Virus record (IMG/VR): IMGVR_UViG_3300037418_002743 | Span: 1 to 64,000 of that record | Direction: 5' to 3' (one strand) | DNA: 64,000 bases | Origin: a virus | Part shown: in pieces, positions 54,038 to 63,812 of the stretch | Layout of the letters: every line of letters starts with the position of its first letter | How positions within the stretch are numbered: position 1 is the first letter of the stretch | The notes under the pieces: generated by a model | The model's input: the letters and a program-made list of their open reading frames with translations, nothing else | Told to the model about the DNA's origin: nothing | Database searches by the model: none | Translations under genes and position numbers: made by a program

Positions 54038-55509
54038 CCTTCGAAGCTCTCCTCATCACGCGGGTCCGGCTCCTCGCAGAGCCCGCACTCGCCGTTCATC
54101 AGGACCGGAACGGTGGTGATCCGTCCGTCGTCGCTCTTGGTCGGGTGCCCGGCCTCGTGCCAGGCGGCGGTGCCGGGAGTCGGCAGGTCGCCGGCCGGCG
54201 CCTCCGCGGCCGGGGTGTCGGTCGCGCCGAGCACCTCGGCGACGAACTCCTGCAGGCGGCCGCCGTCCTTCGCCGCGGTGAGCTGGCGGATCACCTCGAG
54301 CCCCTCCGCGCGGGACAGCTCCGACGTCGACCCGACGGGGACCGAGCGCCCGGCGAGGCGGGACGCGATGAGCTTCCGGCCGGCGTCGTCGCCGACCCCG
54401 CCGGCGCCGATGAGCCGCCCGATCTGCGTCGTCATCGCCCGCGAGATCGCCTCGTCCGCCGCCGGGGCGGCCGCGGTCGAGGCGGGCGGCTCCGGCGGAG
54501 GCGGCACGTCGTCCTCCCGCGGGGCCGGCACGGTCGCGGCCGCGTCGACGTCGCGGAGGGCGTTGGTGTCGTCGTCGGTCTCGACGTCGATCACCGCGCC
54601 CTGGATCGCGCCGCGGCCCGGCTCCGGCTCCGGGTGCCGCGCGGTCAGCATCTCGTCGTAGTCGTCCTGCCCAGCGGGCTTGTAGGACAGGCGGACCGCG
54701 CCGTCGACCTCGGTCGCCGCGGTGAGCAGCCGGTCCGTCGACTTCGGAGCCCACCGCTTCGCGCGGAGGAAGCACGTCTTGATCGCCATCTGATCGAAGC
54801 CCGTGCCGCCGTCGGGGCCGTCCATGTCGAACCAGGGGCCGGCACCCTGGGCGTTGCCGTCGTTGTCCCGGACGACCTCGCCCTTGAAGCGCTTGGTCCC
54901 CATCGCGTGGTGATCGCGCCAGGCGATCGCCTCCTCGCGGGTCATCACCCAGAACAGCGGGTCCGCGTCGTGGAAGAACAGGACCGCGTAGTAGGCGACG
55001 ACCGGGCCGCGCTCCTTCCCGATCCCGGCCGGACGGTGCACGAGCTTCTCGTCGAGTCCGAACTCGACGTGGAACTCGTCGTTGGCGTGCACGGCCCGGC
55101 CGACGATCTTCTTGACCGCGCCGGAGCGGTGGACCAGCTCGACGTAGCCCTGGTAGCCGATGACGATCTGCGCCTCGAGGCGGTTCCCCTTCTTCCAGTT
55201 CTTGAAGGGGATCAACCAGCCCTGGCCCATGACGCCCGGGCGGAGCCCGAGCTGGGCGAAGGTCATCAGCCCGCCGAGGACGGTCTCCGGCACGCACTCC
55301 GCGAGGTCCGGGTTCTGCCGGAGCAGCGTCATGGCGTCGCGGATGAGCTGCTGCGCCTCGAAGCCGCGCGGCATCGCCATCGCGAACTGCTCATGCATGT
55401 CCTCGATCTGCTTGCGGAGCGTCGGCCGCTCCCGCTGCTCGACCTCACCTCCGCCGCGGCGCGCGACCTGCGCGCGGGCGTTGACACGCTCCGCGAGTCC
55501 GTTGCCCAT
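54034..55509 (-). CDS. recT: RecT-family single-strand annealing protein
   Basis: AQLGLRPG..GQGWLIPF...IGYQGYVELVHRSG...DQMAIKT. Confidence 0.9.
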   Translation of the reverse strand: MGNGLAERVNARAQVARRGGGEVEQRERPTLRKQIEDMHEQFAMAMPRGFEAQQLIRDAMTLLRQNPDLAECVPETVLGGLMTFAQLGLRPGVMGQGWLIPFKNWKKGNRLEAQIVIGYQGYVELVHRSGAVKKIVGRAVHANDEFHVEFGLDEKLVHRPAGIGKERGPVVAYYAVLFFHDADPLFWVMTREEAIAWRDHHAMGTKRFKGEVVRDNDGNAQGAGPWFDMDGPDGGTGFDQMAIKTCFLRAKRWAPKSTDRLLTAATEVDGAVRLSYKPAGQDDYDEMLTARHPEPEPGRGAIQGAVIDVETDDDTNALRDVDAAATVPAPREDDVPPPPEPPASTAAAPAADEAISRAMTTQIGRLIGAGGVGDDAGRKLIASRLAGRSVPVGSTSELSRAEGLEVIRQLTAAKDGGRLQEFVAEVLGATDTPAAEAPAGDLPTPGTAAWHEAGHPTKSDDGRITTVPVLMNGECGLCEEPDPRDEESFEG

Positions 55510-56603
55510 CACTTGCTCCCAGGGGTGTCGTCGATCATCGAGTCGAGGGTCTTGCGGGGGCGGAGCACCCGGCCGCGGTGCGCGGCGTACTGCTCCGGGT
55601 GCTTGGACTTGACCGCGTCGAGGTCGAGGACCTCCGTCGTCTTGCTGCACGCGGCCGCGAGGTCCGGGTACGCGGCGGTGAAGGCGGACTTCGACATCTG
55701 CCCGGTCTGGCCGAAGGTGGCGAGGATGTTCGCCTTCCCGGCCTTGGTGTCGTCGATCGGCGCGGTGAGGTCCCGGACGACGAGCTCGGCGTCGCCGATG
55801 AGGTGCCGGAGCTTGGAGTCCCAGCCGGTGACCTCGGCCTCGGCCATGCGGAGCCGCTCCTTCGCCTCCCGGAGGTGGCGGAAGGCGTCGAGGATGTCCG
55901 CGGTGATCTCGATCGCCTTGCCGGCGTGCGCGGTCGCGTACATCTCGCGGATGACCTCGTTGGTGGCCTCCGTGTCGTCGAGCGGCGGCATCTCGTCCGC
56001 GACGACGTAGGACTCCCACCAGTCCCGCTCGAACGCGACGAGGTCGGCGATCAGCGCCTCGTCCCGCTCGATGCGGCGCCAGACGAGGGTCTGCCCGCCG
56101 ATGAGCCCGGCGATCCAGGCGTGCGGGAGCCCGGTCACCGCCATCCCGTGCTGCACCTGCAGCTCGGCGTGGTCCGGCGCCTGCTCGTTCCCCCACTCGT
56201 CCCGCCGCCACAGCGAGCAGGTCTTCCCCTCGTACAGCCCTCCGTCGTTGGTGACCCCGTCGGGGCTGTAGAGCATGAAGGGGTTCACGAGGGACCGCTG
56301 CATCCCCGCCGCCGCGACGGTGATCCCGGTGCGCCGGGACCACTCGTCCCGGACGACCGGCTCGAGGAGGGTGCCCCAGAGCGCGGGCTCGTTCGGCGGC
56401 TCGTCGGAGTCCTCGTCGACCCGGTCCGTCTTGTCCAGCCACACCCGGACCGGGGAGGAGAACTTGTTGAGCCCGAGGACGGTCGAGGCGTCGGATCCGC
56501 CGATGCCCTCCCGCCGGGCCTCCAGCCACTCGTCCCGGTCCGGGTCCGGCGGGAGCACCTGCTCGGAGCCCGGGAGGGTCATCACGGCGGCCGGCGCGCT
56601 CAT
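55509..56603 (-). CDS. YqaJ/RecE-like exonuclease
   Basis: WLEARREGIGGSD, WGTLLE, SPDG, YEGKT, QVQHGM. Confidence 0.9.
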   Translation of the reverse strand: MSAPAAVMTLPGSEQVLPPDPDRDEWLEARREGIGGSDASTVLGLNKFSSPVRVWLDKTDRVDEDSDEPPNEPALWGTLLEPVVRDEWSRRTGITVAAAGMQRSLVNPFMLYSPDGVTNDGGLYEGKTCSLWRRDEWGNEQAPDHAELQVQHGMAVTGLPHAWIAGLIGGQTLVWRRIERDEALIADLVAFERDWWESYVVADEMPPLDDTEATNEVIREMYATAHAGKAIEITADILDAFRHLREAKERLRMAEAEVTGWDSKLRHLIGDAELVVRDLTAPIDDTKAGKANILATFGQTGQMSKSAFTAAYPDLAAACSKTTEVLDLDAVKSKHPEQYAAHRGRVLRPRKTLDSMIDDTPGSK

Positions 56604-56751
56604 GCTCGGGCCCCGCACATCGGCTCGGCGTCCTCGTCGAGGTGCTCCGTGCAGTGGTGGCACGGGGCGGAGACGAAGCACGTGCAGCCGCCGCAGTCGG
56701 CGAACTCGTCGCGGTCGTCCAGGTCGGTCCAGTCGTCCTCGGGCACGTCGA

Positions 56752-57108
56752 TCACCGGGCACCGCCGACGGGGATCTCGACGCGGATCTCGGTCGACCGC
56801 TCGGCCTCGGCGTCGCGCACGGCGTAGGCGAGGCAGCCGGGGCACACCCGCTCCCGGATCGTCCAGCGGGTCGCGGCGAAGCGGCGGGCGACGACGGCGG
56901 CTCCGTCGTGCGCGGGCCCGTCGGCCGGCGGGCAGTACTCGCACCCGTCCAGCTCCTCGGCCGGGGTGACGACGAAGGCGACCCCGAGGTCCTCGAGGGC
57001 CTCGACCAGGTCAGGAAGGGCCGCGGAAATGGCGGCGGGAAGCTCGGAAATGGTCTCCGCCGTCGGGGCGGAGGCGACAGGCGGGCACGCAGCGGCTAGG
57101 ATGCTCAT
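56752..57108 (-). CDS. Hypothetical protein with CxxC pairs
   Basis: First gene after the promoter at 57211-57238. Confidence 0.55.
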   Translation of the reverse strand: MSILAAACPPVASAPTAETISELPAAISAALPDLVEALEDLGVAFVVTPAEELDGCEYCPPADGPAHDGAAVVARRFAATRWTIRERVCPGCLAYAVRDAEAERSTEIRVEIPVGGAR

Positions 57109-57210
57109 CGTCTTCTTCTCTTAGGGAGGGAAGGGACATTTGACGAAGCCCTGACGTGGACCAACGGGTTGGCAGACCCGCCGCGCGGGGCTTCGTCGCT
57201 TTCTACGATC

Positions 57211-57238
57211 ACTCTACCGCTGTTCGCGGTAGCGTCAA
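57211..57238 (-). promoter_or_regulatory. Operator-containing promoter of the recombination operon
   Basis: TTGACG-CTACCGCGAACAGCGG-TAGAGT. Confidence 0.75.
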
Positions 57239-57291
57239 CACCTTTCTTTCTCGCCGCTAGCCGGCGGCAGGGTGTTTCTCCTGGTCAGACC

Positions 57292-57789
57292 CTACCCCGG
57301 GGGTACGACAGTTCCGGAGCCGGCCGAGCCCGCCCGGTAGTAGTCGACGCACGCCGGCCAGTCCCGCCGGACGTCCGTGCCGGCCCCGTGCGTCGCCCGC
57401 GGGTACCGCGTCTCCGCGACCAGCCCGTCCGGGCCGATCCGCGTTCCCGCACGCTTCTCCCAGTGCGTCGGAGCGTGGCGCGTGACATATGCGCCGGCGA
57501 GACACTTCGGGAAACTGCGATTCCCTCCGGGCATCCGCTCCCGGTGGTCGCACGAGCCGCACCGGGGCGTCCCGTCCGACGGCGGACCGAACTCCCGGGC
57601 CGCCTCCGGGTGCAGCGGGAGCGGCGTCCCCAGCGCGACGGAGAGCGGGTGCTGCCCGCGCACGATCGCCGCGGCGTGCCGGGCCCGACGCCACTCCCCC
57701 TCGGTCATCCCCTCGGGGCGCCCAGCGGCGTCCGGGACCCCGACCCGCTCCGGCTCGTCGAACAGCCCCAGCGGCTCCGCGATGCTCAT
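57292..57789 (-). CDS. Hypothetical Cys-containing protein
   Basis: CGSCDH...PKC...TDVRRDWPAC. Confidence 0.6.
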   Translation of the reverse strand: MSIAEPLGLFDEPERVGVPDAAGRPEGMTEGEWRRARHAAAIVRGQHPLSVALGTPLPLHPEAAREFGPPSDGTPRCGSCDHRERMPGGNRSFPKCLAGAYVTRHAPTHWEKRAGTRIGPDGLVAETRYPRATHGAGTDVRRDWPACVDYYRAGSAGSGTVVPPG

Positions 57790-57949
57790 GCGGCGGCCCG
57801 CCTCAGGTGCCGGGGGCGGCTCCGGTGCGGCATGCGGAGCACCAGCGCCCGGCCGCGGGCCGCCCGGTGCGCCCCGACCTGCATCCGCAGGCCGATCACG
57901 ACCCCGACGGCGATCCCGACGACGAGGGCCAGGACGACGAGCTCCCCGG

Positions 57950-58189
57950 TCATGCGGCCACCGCCACGATCCCGACCACGGCCGCGGTGAGCGCACCGAT
58001 CACGCCGAGCGCGATCACGCCCCAGGAGGCGGTGCGGATGATCGGGCGGATCCACTCCCGGTGCCCCATCCCGCCGGCGGCCCCGAGGATCACGGCGAAG
58101 ACGACGGCGGCGCCGAGGATCGTCGCGGCCGCACCGATGCCCCGGTTGAACTGGGCGGAGGTGACCTCCGCGAGGACGGTGACGGTCAC
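57950..58189 (-). CDS. Small two-TM protein
   Basis: Hydrophobic; coupled. Confidence 0.5.
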   Translation of the reverse strand: MTVTVLAEVTSAQFNRGIGAAATILGAAVVFAVILGAAGGMGHREWIRPIIRTASWGVIALGVIGALTAAVVGIVAVAA

Positions 58190-58653
58190 GCCTCAGCCCT
58201 CCGGGGGCGCGGGGAGGGCACGCGCACGGTCTCCGCGTCGGCGCTCGGCGCGGGCTCCGGCTCCGGCTCCGGCTCCGCGACGGGCGCGGGCTGCGTCGGA
58301 GCGGGCTCCCCGTTGTGGATCACCCACTGGACGCCGTCGATCGTCCCCTGCAGCAGGATGTGCGGGGAGTCCTCGTAGACCGTGACCAGCGGGCGCGGGG
58401 AGAACAGGACCGACCAGCCGAGGACCGTCGCGGTGTCCATGACGGCCGTACATCCATGTTCGGTCACATCCACGCTGATCGGGTCACCAAGGTTCTGAAG
58501 AGCCGCCGCCTCCGCTACCCTTGCCGCGGCAACGAGGCGATCACCGAAAGAGGCGGTTTGATCCCTATCCTTACTGCTAGTGTCCGCCTCGGTACGGTCG
58601 GGAGTCTTACGCGACTCACTAGTAGTTCCGCTGGACATTCCGCCGACGTTCAT
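58186..58653 (-). CDS. Hypothetical protein
   Basis: GAGAGGA RBS; CTGCCA hairpin leader. Confidence 0.55.
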   Translation of the reverse strand: MNVGGMSSGTTSESRKTPDRTEADTSSKDRDQTASFGDRLVAAARVAEAAALQNLGDPISVDVTEHGCTAVMDTATVLGWSVLFSPRPLVTVYEDSPHILLQGTIDGVQWVIHNGEPAPTQPAPVAEPEPEPEPAPSADAETVRVPSPRPRRAEA

Positions 58654-58744
58654 AGAGCGTTCCTCTCAACGGGAGGGATGGTGGATGGGACATCCGGCCC
58701 CTGGATGGTTCGGCCGGTGGCGCTGGCAGGCGCCGGGGGTTAGA

Positions 58745-59011
58745 TCAGGAAGCCCGCAGGTAGGGCGTCAACAGCAGCTCGTCACGGGGGGCGAGCATGA
58801 AATGGGTTCCGTGGGGCACGCCGAGGGCATCCTCGATCCGGCGAGCACGTTCGGGAGTCACGCGCTGACACACTCCATGACAGAGGTCCCAGAAGAAGGA
58901 AGTGGAGCAACCAGCAAGAGCCGCGATAGAGCCGTAGCTGCGACCCGATCGAGCAGCTTCGAGCCTCTCTGGATCGCGCGGCACTAAGAAGATCCCCAGC
59001 GCGCTAGGCAT
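58745..59011 (-). CDS. Cro-like XRE HTH protein
   Basis: SYGSIAALAGCSTSFF..L...ARRIEDALGVP; divergent from repressor. Confidence 0.7.
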   Translation of the reverse strand: MPSALGIFLVPRDPERLEAARSGRSYGSIAALAGCSTSFFWDLCHGVCQRVTPERARRIEDALGVPHGTHFMLAPRDELLLTPYLRAS

Positions 59012-59155
59012 GATCGTTGATTCCCGTCTCTCGTGTTCGGCAGGACCGAACGTTACCCGGAGGTGTTCATGACGTCAAACACACGTGTCGATGGGGCCGG
59101 ACGCTCTGAGGCGGACGCCCGTGTCACTTCGGACAATGGGGACAATGGGGGAAAG

Positions 59156-59578
59156 ATGGTTGCGGCGGAGCCGGACCAGACCAATTCCGCGAAGCGCCCG
59201 GCGCCGGGCGGACTACAGGATCTAATCGCCCGGCGCAAGAAGGAATTGGGCCTTTCCTACTCGCAGCTGGTGGAAAGAACCGAAGCCGCCGGCTACCCCA
59301 TTCGCCGCACGATGTGGCATCACTGGGCGTCGGATCGCTGGTCGGACATCCCGGCGACGGAGGTGATCCACGGGATCGCCGCTGGCCTGGGCGTCGACCC
59401 CGACGAGGTCCTCGACGCCGCCGCGAAGAGCGTCGGGATCACTCCGCGCGAGCTACACCTCGGCCGCGGCACGCGGGCGATCCTCGCGCTCATGGAGTCC
59501 CGGACGCCGGAGGAGATCGAGGCCCTGGAGGCGGTCGTGCGCTCCGTCACCAAGGCGATGGACGCGACGCGGGATTGA
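59156..59578 (+). CDS. Immunity repressor-like XRE HTH protein
   Basis: LIARRKKELGLSYSQLVERT...IAAGLGVDPDEVLDAA; start uncertain. Confidence 0.7.
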   Translation: MVAAEPDQTNSAKRPAPGGLQDLIARRKKELGLSYSQLVERTEAAGYPIRRTMWHHWASDRWSDIPATEVIHGIAAGLGVDPDEVLDAAAKSVGITPRELHLGRGTRAILALMESRTPEEIEALEAVVRSVTKAMDATRD

Positions 59579-59756
59579 TCATCGGTGACCTGGGAAATCG
59601 GCTCTACCTTTGCCTTAGGGTTACTAATGTGTCTCCCGTTGACACATTGACTCCCAGCGTCACGGGGTAATCTCCGGTTAACAGATTCCGTCCCTCAAGC
59701 AACTGGGGACGGAATTAGTTCGCTTACGGCAACTAATTCGAGAGGCGAGGCACTAA

Positions 59757-60077
59757 ATGAGCCGGAGAGTCCGCGTGCGCGTCATGCGCGCCTGCCTCGG
59801 AGCCGCTGTTGCGGCTGCGATCGCCGACCCGGCGGGTGTCACGCTCCTCGCAGACCCGTCCGTCGACGACGAGCAGATCCAGCGGTTCATGCAGTACCTC
59901 GAGGTGAAGGCGTCCCTCATCCCCGCCCCGGCCGCCCCCAGCCTCGACGAGCTCCCCGCCACGATCTCGGTCCCCGCCCAGCGCGGCGACGACGACCGCG
60001 CCCACATCCTCGTGCTCCCCTCCGCCCCCCAGGACCTGGCAGCCGACGCGGACCAGCCCCGCTCCCCGGTCTTCTAG
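59757..60077 (+). CDS. Hypothetical protein downstream of repressor
   Basis: GAGG RBS; same orientation as repressor. Confidence 0.5.
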   Translation: MSRRVRVRVMRACLGAAVAAAIADPAGVTLLADPSVDDEQIQRFMQYLEVKASLIPAPAAPSLDELPATISVPAQRGDDDRAHILVLPSAPQDLAADADQPRSPVF

Positions 60078-60373
60078 CCCTCCCCGCGGCGGAGCGCGAT
60101 CTCGTCCGGGTGCGCCCGGGAAATCAGCTCCGCCAGCGTCGCGGCGTTGCTCGACACGTCGAGCAGGACGTCGTACAGCCCCGTGAGCGTCCCGCCGGTC
60201 TGGTCGTTGCGATTGCCGACCAGCTCACGGAGGTAGGCCATGCAGCCGGCCATCTGCTCCGCCTCGTCGGTCCAGCCCGCCGCGCTCATCCGACGCGCGG
60301 TCTCCATGACCGTGCGGTCGAGCGCCGAGGCGTCGTCGCCGGTCGCGAACAGGTCGTATCCGGGCGTGTCCAT
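60074..60373 (-). CDS. Hypothetical protein
   Basis: GAGAGGA RBS. Confidence 0.55.
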   Translation of the reverse strand: MDTPGYDLFATGDDASALDRTVMETARRMSAAGWTDEAEQMAGCMAYLRELVGNRNDQTGGTLTGLYDVLLDVSSNAATLAELISRAHPDEIALRRGEG

Positions 60374-60442
60374 GTCGGGATCCTCTCGTGCGTCGAGCGG
60401 AGAGGGCCCGGGGGCGGCTCCCCCGGGCCCTGTGGGCGGCGA

Positions 60443-61324
60443 TCAGGCCTCCGCGGTCTCCTCGTCCGCGGCGTCGTCGTCGGCGGCGGGAGCGACCGCC
60501 TGGGCGGCCTTGCGGGCAGCCTCGACCTCGAGCTTGGCCTCCTCGACCCGCTGGGCGGCGCGCTCCGCGGCCCGCTCCGCCCGGAAGAGCCGGTCCTCGG
60601 CGGCCCGGAGCGCCTTGGTCGCGGTGCGGGCCTCGGCGCGGGCGGCCTTCTCCTCGTCGGTGAGCCGCGGACGCTCCCGGCGCTCGGCGGCGTTGGCGTG
60701 CCGCTCCGCCTGGCGCTTGGTCCAGGCGACGTACCAGGCGATCCCGGTCTCGACCTCGACGATCACCTTGTAGCCCTCGTGGTCGTACAGGCCCGGGAAG
60801 GGCACGCCGGCCTTCTCGCTCGCGGCGATCGGGTTGTAGATCCCGCCCAGCTCACCCTCACCCGGGTACAGGCCGCGCTCGTTGATGACCTTGGTCAGTC
60901 CGACCGGGGTGACCCAGCCCGCCGGCATGAAGCCCTTCTTGGTGCTCTTGCGGGCGGCCGGGGCGTCGTTGGCGACCGGGGCGGCCGGGAGGTGCTCGGC
61001 GGTGCAGCCGTCCAGGTCCTCGCACTCGTCCTTGGTGTGCGGGCCCTGGGCCTCGACCGGCTCGGCGTCGGTGGCCGGCTCGGTGACGTCGTCGTTGACG
61101 TCGACGACCGGGGTCTCGTCGGCCGGGGCGGGCTGGTCCTCGACCTCGACCGGTCGGACGTCGACGGCCTTGAAGTCGGCGGTCTTCTCGCCGGCGGCGT
61201 TGCTGTAGCGGACGGTGATCTTGCCGGCGTCGGTGGTGCCGACGTAGACGCCCTCGCGGGTGCGGCCGCCGGGGATGCGGACGATGACGGCCTGGTCGGT
61301 GGCGAAGGTGGCGGTGGCGTTCAT
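60443..61324 (-). CDS. Hypothetical protein with C-terminal coiled coil
   Basis: GAGGAGGA RBS; own operator-promoter at 61382-61409. Confidence 0.7.
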   Translation of the reverse strand: MNATATFATDQAVIVRIPGGRTREGVYVGTTDAGKITVRYSNAAGEKTADFKAVDVRPVEVEDQPAPADETPVVDVNDDVTEPATDAEPVEAQGPHTKDECEDLDGCTAEHLPAAPVANDAPAARKSTKKGFMPAGWVTPVGLTKVINERGLYPGEGELGGIYNPIAASEKAGVPFPGLYDHEGYKVIVEVETGIAWYVAWTKRQAERHANAAERRERPRLTDEEKAARAEARTATKALRAAEDRLFRAERAAERAAQRVEEAKLEVEAARKAAQAVAPAADDDAADEETAEA

Positions 61325-61422
61325 CGGGGTTCCTCCTCGATCCGGGGGCTTCGCTCTGTGCGGTGCCCTTGCGATGACTCAAAGATACCGCGCTACACGG
61401 TAGGTACAAGGGCTGACGGGCA

Positions 61423-61478
61423 GAAAAACGAGCGGCCCGGGTGGTTCGCCCTGCTGGACGAGCCCACCCGGGCCGCTC
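61423..61478 (-). terminator. Intrinsic terminator
   Basis: gagcggcccgggtgg...ccacccgggccgctc followed by GTTTTT on the minus strand. Confidence 0.7.
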
Positions 61479-61507
61479 TCCCCTTCCTCCGCTCCCCAGC
61501 GGAAGCC

Positions 61508-61855
61508 CTATGACGTGCGCCGATACCTCTCCGCCCGCGTCCCGTCGATGTCCACCAGCACCTCGCCGGACCGGATCATCGGGTCGTGGAACTCCCCGGT
61601 CACGAGGCCCGCGAGCCCCGCGCCGCGGGCGATGTCCGACGCCACGACCAGGTGCGGCCGGACGATCACCTCCCCGATCGCGAGCTGGTGCGTCCGCCGG
61701 GAGCCGTACCGGAGCGGGTGCGGCCCGTCGCTCACCCGGGACGACCCGACGAACGACACCGTGCGCTCGTCCGGGCCCTCCTGGACGTAGAGCCAGCCCG
61801 GCACGTGCCGCGCGTACTGCCCGAAGATCAGGCGGGCGTAGGCGTCCCCTTCCAT
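61508..61855 (-). CDS. Hypothetical protein
   Basis: TGATG coupling. Confidence 0.5.
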   Translation of the reverse strand: MEGDAYARLIFGQYARHVPGWLYVQEGPDERTVSFVGSSRVSDGPHPLRYGSRRTHQLAIGEVIVRPHLVVASDIARGAGLAGLVTGEFHDPMIRSGEVLVDIDGTRAERYRRTS

Positions 61856-63450
61856 CACTCGCCTCCGTCCACGGTCGTCATCCAGTAGCCCTCGAAGCAC
61901 TCCCCGCACGTCGCGCGGTCGTCGTCCTCGTTCTGCCAGCTCTGGTTCGTCGTCGCCCCGCACTTCGGGCACGGGCCCGGGTCCCCGTCGCCGGAGCCCT
62001 TCGCGATCTCGCGGATCCGCTCCGCGGTCAGCTCCTCGCCGTTGACCTCCACGACCCAGTAGCTCGCAGCCTCCCCGTCCGGGGTGTCCGCGGGCACGAT
62101 CCGGAGCAGCGGGACGCCATCGACCGCGGCCCCGATCGCCTGCGCGGCCTCGTCATCGGACTCGAACCGGCGGCACTCCTCGCACCGCTGGATCTCGTTG
62201 CGGTTGTTGAAGCCCGGCCAGGCGCCCGGAACGACCTCCGCGTAGCACTCGCAGTCAGCCTCCGCCTCGGCCGCAGCCTCCGCGCCGGCGTCGATGATGA
62301 ACTGCCCCGCGGCGGAGTCGGAGAGCACACCGAGCACCCCGACCTGGACGTCCGGCACCGCGCCGGCGTACTGGTCCCGCCGCTCCTCGGTCCCGAAGCC
62401 GACCAGGTCGTCGACCCCGTCACGCCAGGCGAGCCAGACCGTCGGCGGCTCCCCCGGCTCCGGCCGGGCCGCGAGCGCCCGGATCCGGTCCTTGATCTCC
62501 GCGGTGAGCCGGTCCGTGCCCTCCGCGCCGAGGTAGAGCCTCGCCGGATCGCGCGGCACCCCGACGCGGCCGTCCGCGGCCCGGGCGAACAGGTCGATCC
62601 CGACCGCCTCCGCCAGCTCCCGGAGGTGCCGGCGGTGCGCCATGCTCTCGTCCCGCCAGCGGTCCCGGAAGTCGTCGGCCGGGTGCTCCAGGACGACGTT
62701 CCGGAGGAAGCTCGCAGCCTCCCCGTACACCTCGGACATGGTGTCGTTCTCGACGTCGTCGGAGTCCTCGACCTCGTCGACGTGCGTGTCGGCCGATGCC
62801 TGGGCCCAGATCGCCGCCTGCGCGGCCAGCGCGCCGCGCAGGGAGTCAGCGGGCGGGGCGTCGGTCAGGTCCGCCACCGCGGCCGCCAGGCGCGGCAGGA
62901 GGTCCCGCCGCACGGTCACCCGCACCTCCGCCGTAGCGGTCCGGGCGCCCTCGTAGGTCAGCTGCTCGTCGACCTCGACCCGCGCCAAGACCGGCCGGTT
63001 GGAGTCGCCCGCGTAGATGTTGCCCTTGTCGGTCGTCGTGACCTCCCCGAGCGGGGCGAGCAGCCGGGCGGCCGCGTCGACGTAGGTCTGCCGCTCGGCC
63101 GCCCGCGCGTCGGCGGCAGCCTTCTTCGCCCGGACCTCAGCGAGGGATCCGCGGTAGCGCGCGAGCAGCCGGTTCTTGATGTCCTTCGCCATGACCGCCG
63201 GGGGCTTCTCCGCGGAGAACCCGATCTCGGTCCAGAGCCGCGAGAACCCGCGCAGCTCCGCCGGGGTCACCCCGGTGGCGGTCACCCGGCCCCTGTCCCA
63301 CTGCAGCCGGATCCGCTCCCCGTCCGGGCCGACGAGCGCGGCCTCCCGCTCCCAGCCGGTCTCGCCTTCCTCAGCGGACCACTCCGCCGGGTCGAGCTGC
63401 TCCGCGATCGCCTTCGCGACCTCGTACGGGGTCGCCGTCTCCGTGCTCAC
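61855..63450 (-). CDS. Large multidomain hypothetical protein
   Basis: GTG start; acidic; CxxC motifs at the C-terminus. Confidence 0.6.
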   Translation of the reverse strand: MSTETATPYEVAKAIAEQLDPAEWSAEEGETGWEREAALVGPDGERIRLQWDRGRVTATGVTPAELRGFSRLWTEIGFSAEKPPAVMAKDIKNRLLARYRGSLAEVRAKKAAADARAAERQTYVDAAARLLAPLGEVTTTDKGNIYAGDSNRPVLARVEVDEQLTYEGARTATAEVRVTVRRDLLPRLAAAVADLTDAPPADSLRGALAAQAAIWAQASADTHVDEVEDSDDVENDTMSEVYGEAASFLRNVVLEHPADDFRDRWRDESMAHRRHLRELAEAVGIDLFARAADGRVGVPRDPARLYLGAEGTDRLTAEIKDRIRALAARPEPGEPPTVWLAWRDGVDDLVGFGTEERRDQYAGAVPDVQVGVLGVLSDSAAGQFIIDAGAEAAAEAEADCECYAEVVPGAWPGFNNRNEIQRCEECRRFESDDEAAQAIGAAVDGVPLLRIVPADTPDGEAASYWVVEVNGEELTAERIREIAKGSGDGDPGPCPKCGATTNQSWQNEDDDRATCGECFEGYWMTTVDGGE

Positions 63451-63812
63451 TGCTGGGTCGCCCCCTCGTCGATCGTCAGCCGGTCCCACGGGTCGGGCTC
63501 GACCACCCGCACCTCCGGCTCCGGCTCCTGGTCGCGGATCTCCTCGAGCACCGTGCGGACGTCGGTCAGCACGCCGTAGACGTCCATGACGGACGTCGTG
63601 ATCGCCTCGACGTCGCGCTCCTGCCACTCCCGGTTGATCCCGAGCCAGTCCACGTGCTCCTTCACGACCCGACGCACGAGCCGGCCCTCCGCGCGGCGGT
63701 AGAGCGCACGGCGGGCGAGGAGGTCACCGGCGACGACCGCGGCCGCCCAGCCGGCCGGCGGGACGGCCCGGACCGCCCGGGCGGCCACCTGGGCGATCAG
63801 CCGGGCGTTCAC
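63447..63812 (-). CDS. Hypothetical protein
   Basis: GTGA coupling at both ends. Confidence 0.5.
   Translation of the reverse strand: MNARLIAQVAARAVRAVPPAGWAAAVVAGDLLARRALYRRAEGRLVRRVVKEHVDWLGINREWQERDVEAITTSVMDVYGVLTDVRTVLEEIRDQEPEPEVRVVEPDPWDRLTIDEGATQQ

Noticed and set aside
4-63579. Many long plus-strand ORFs (e.g. 4-1503, 1587-3803, 8105-9739, 19850-22108, 54145-56010, 61441-63579)
   Set aside because: They are antisense shadows of real minus-strand genes, typical of high-GC DNA, with Arg/Gly-rich translations and no motifs.
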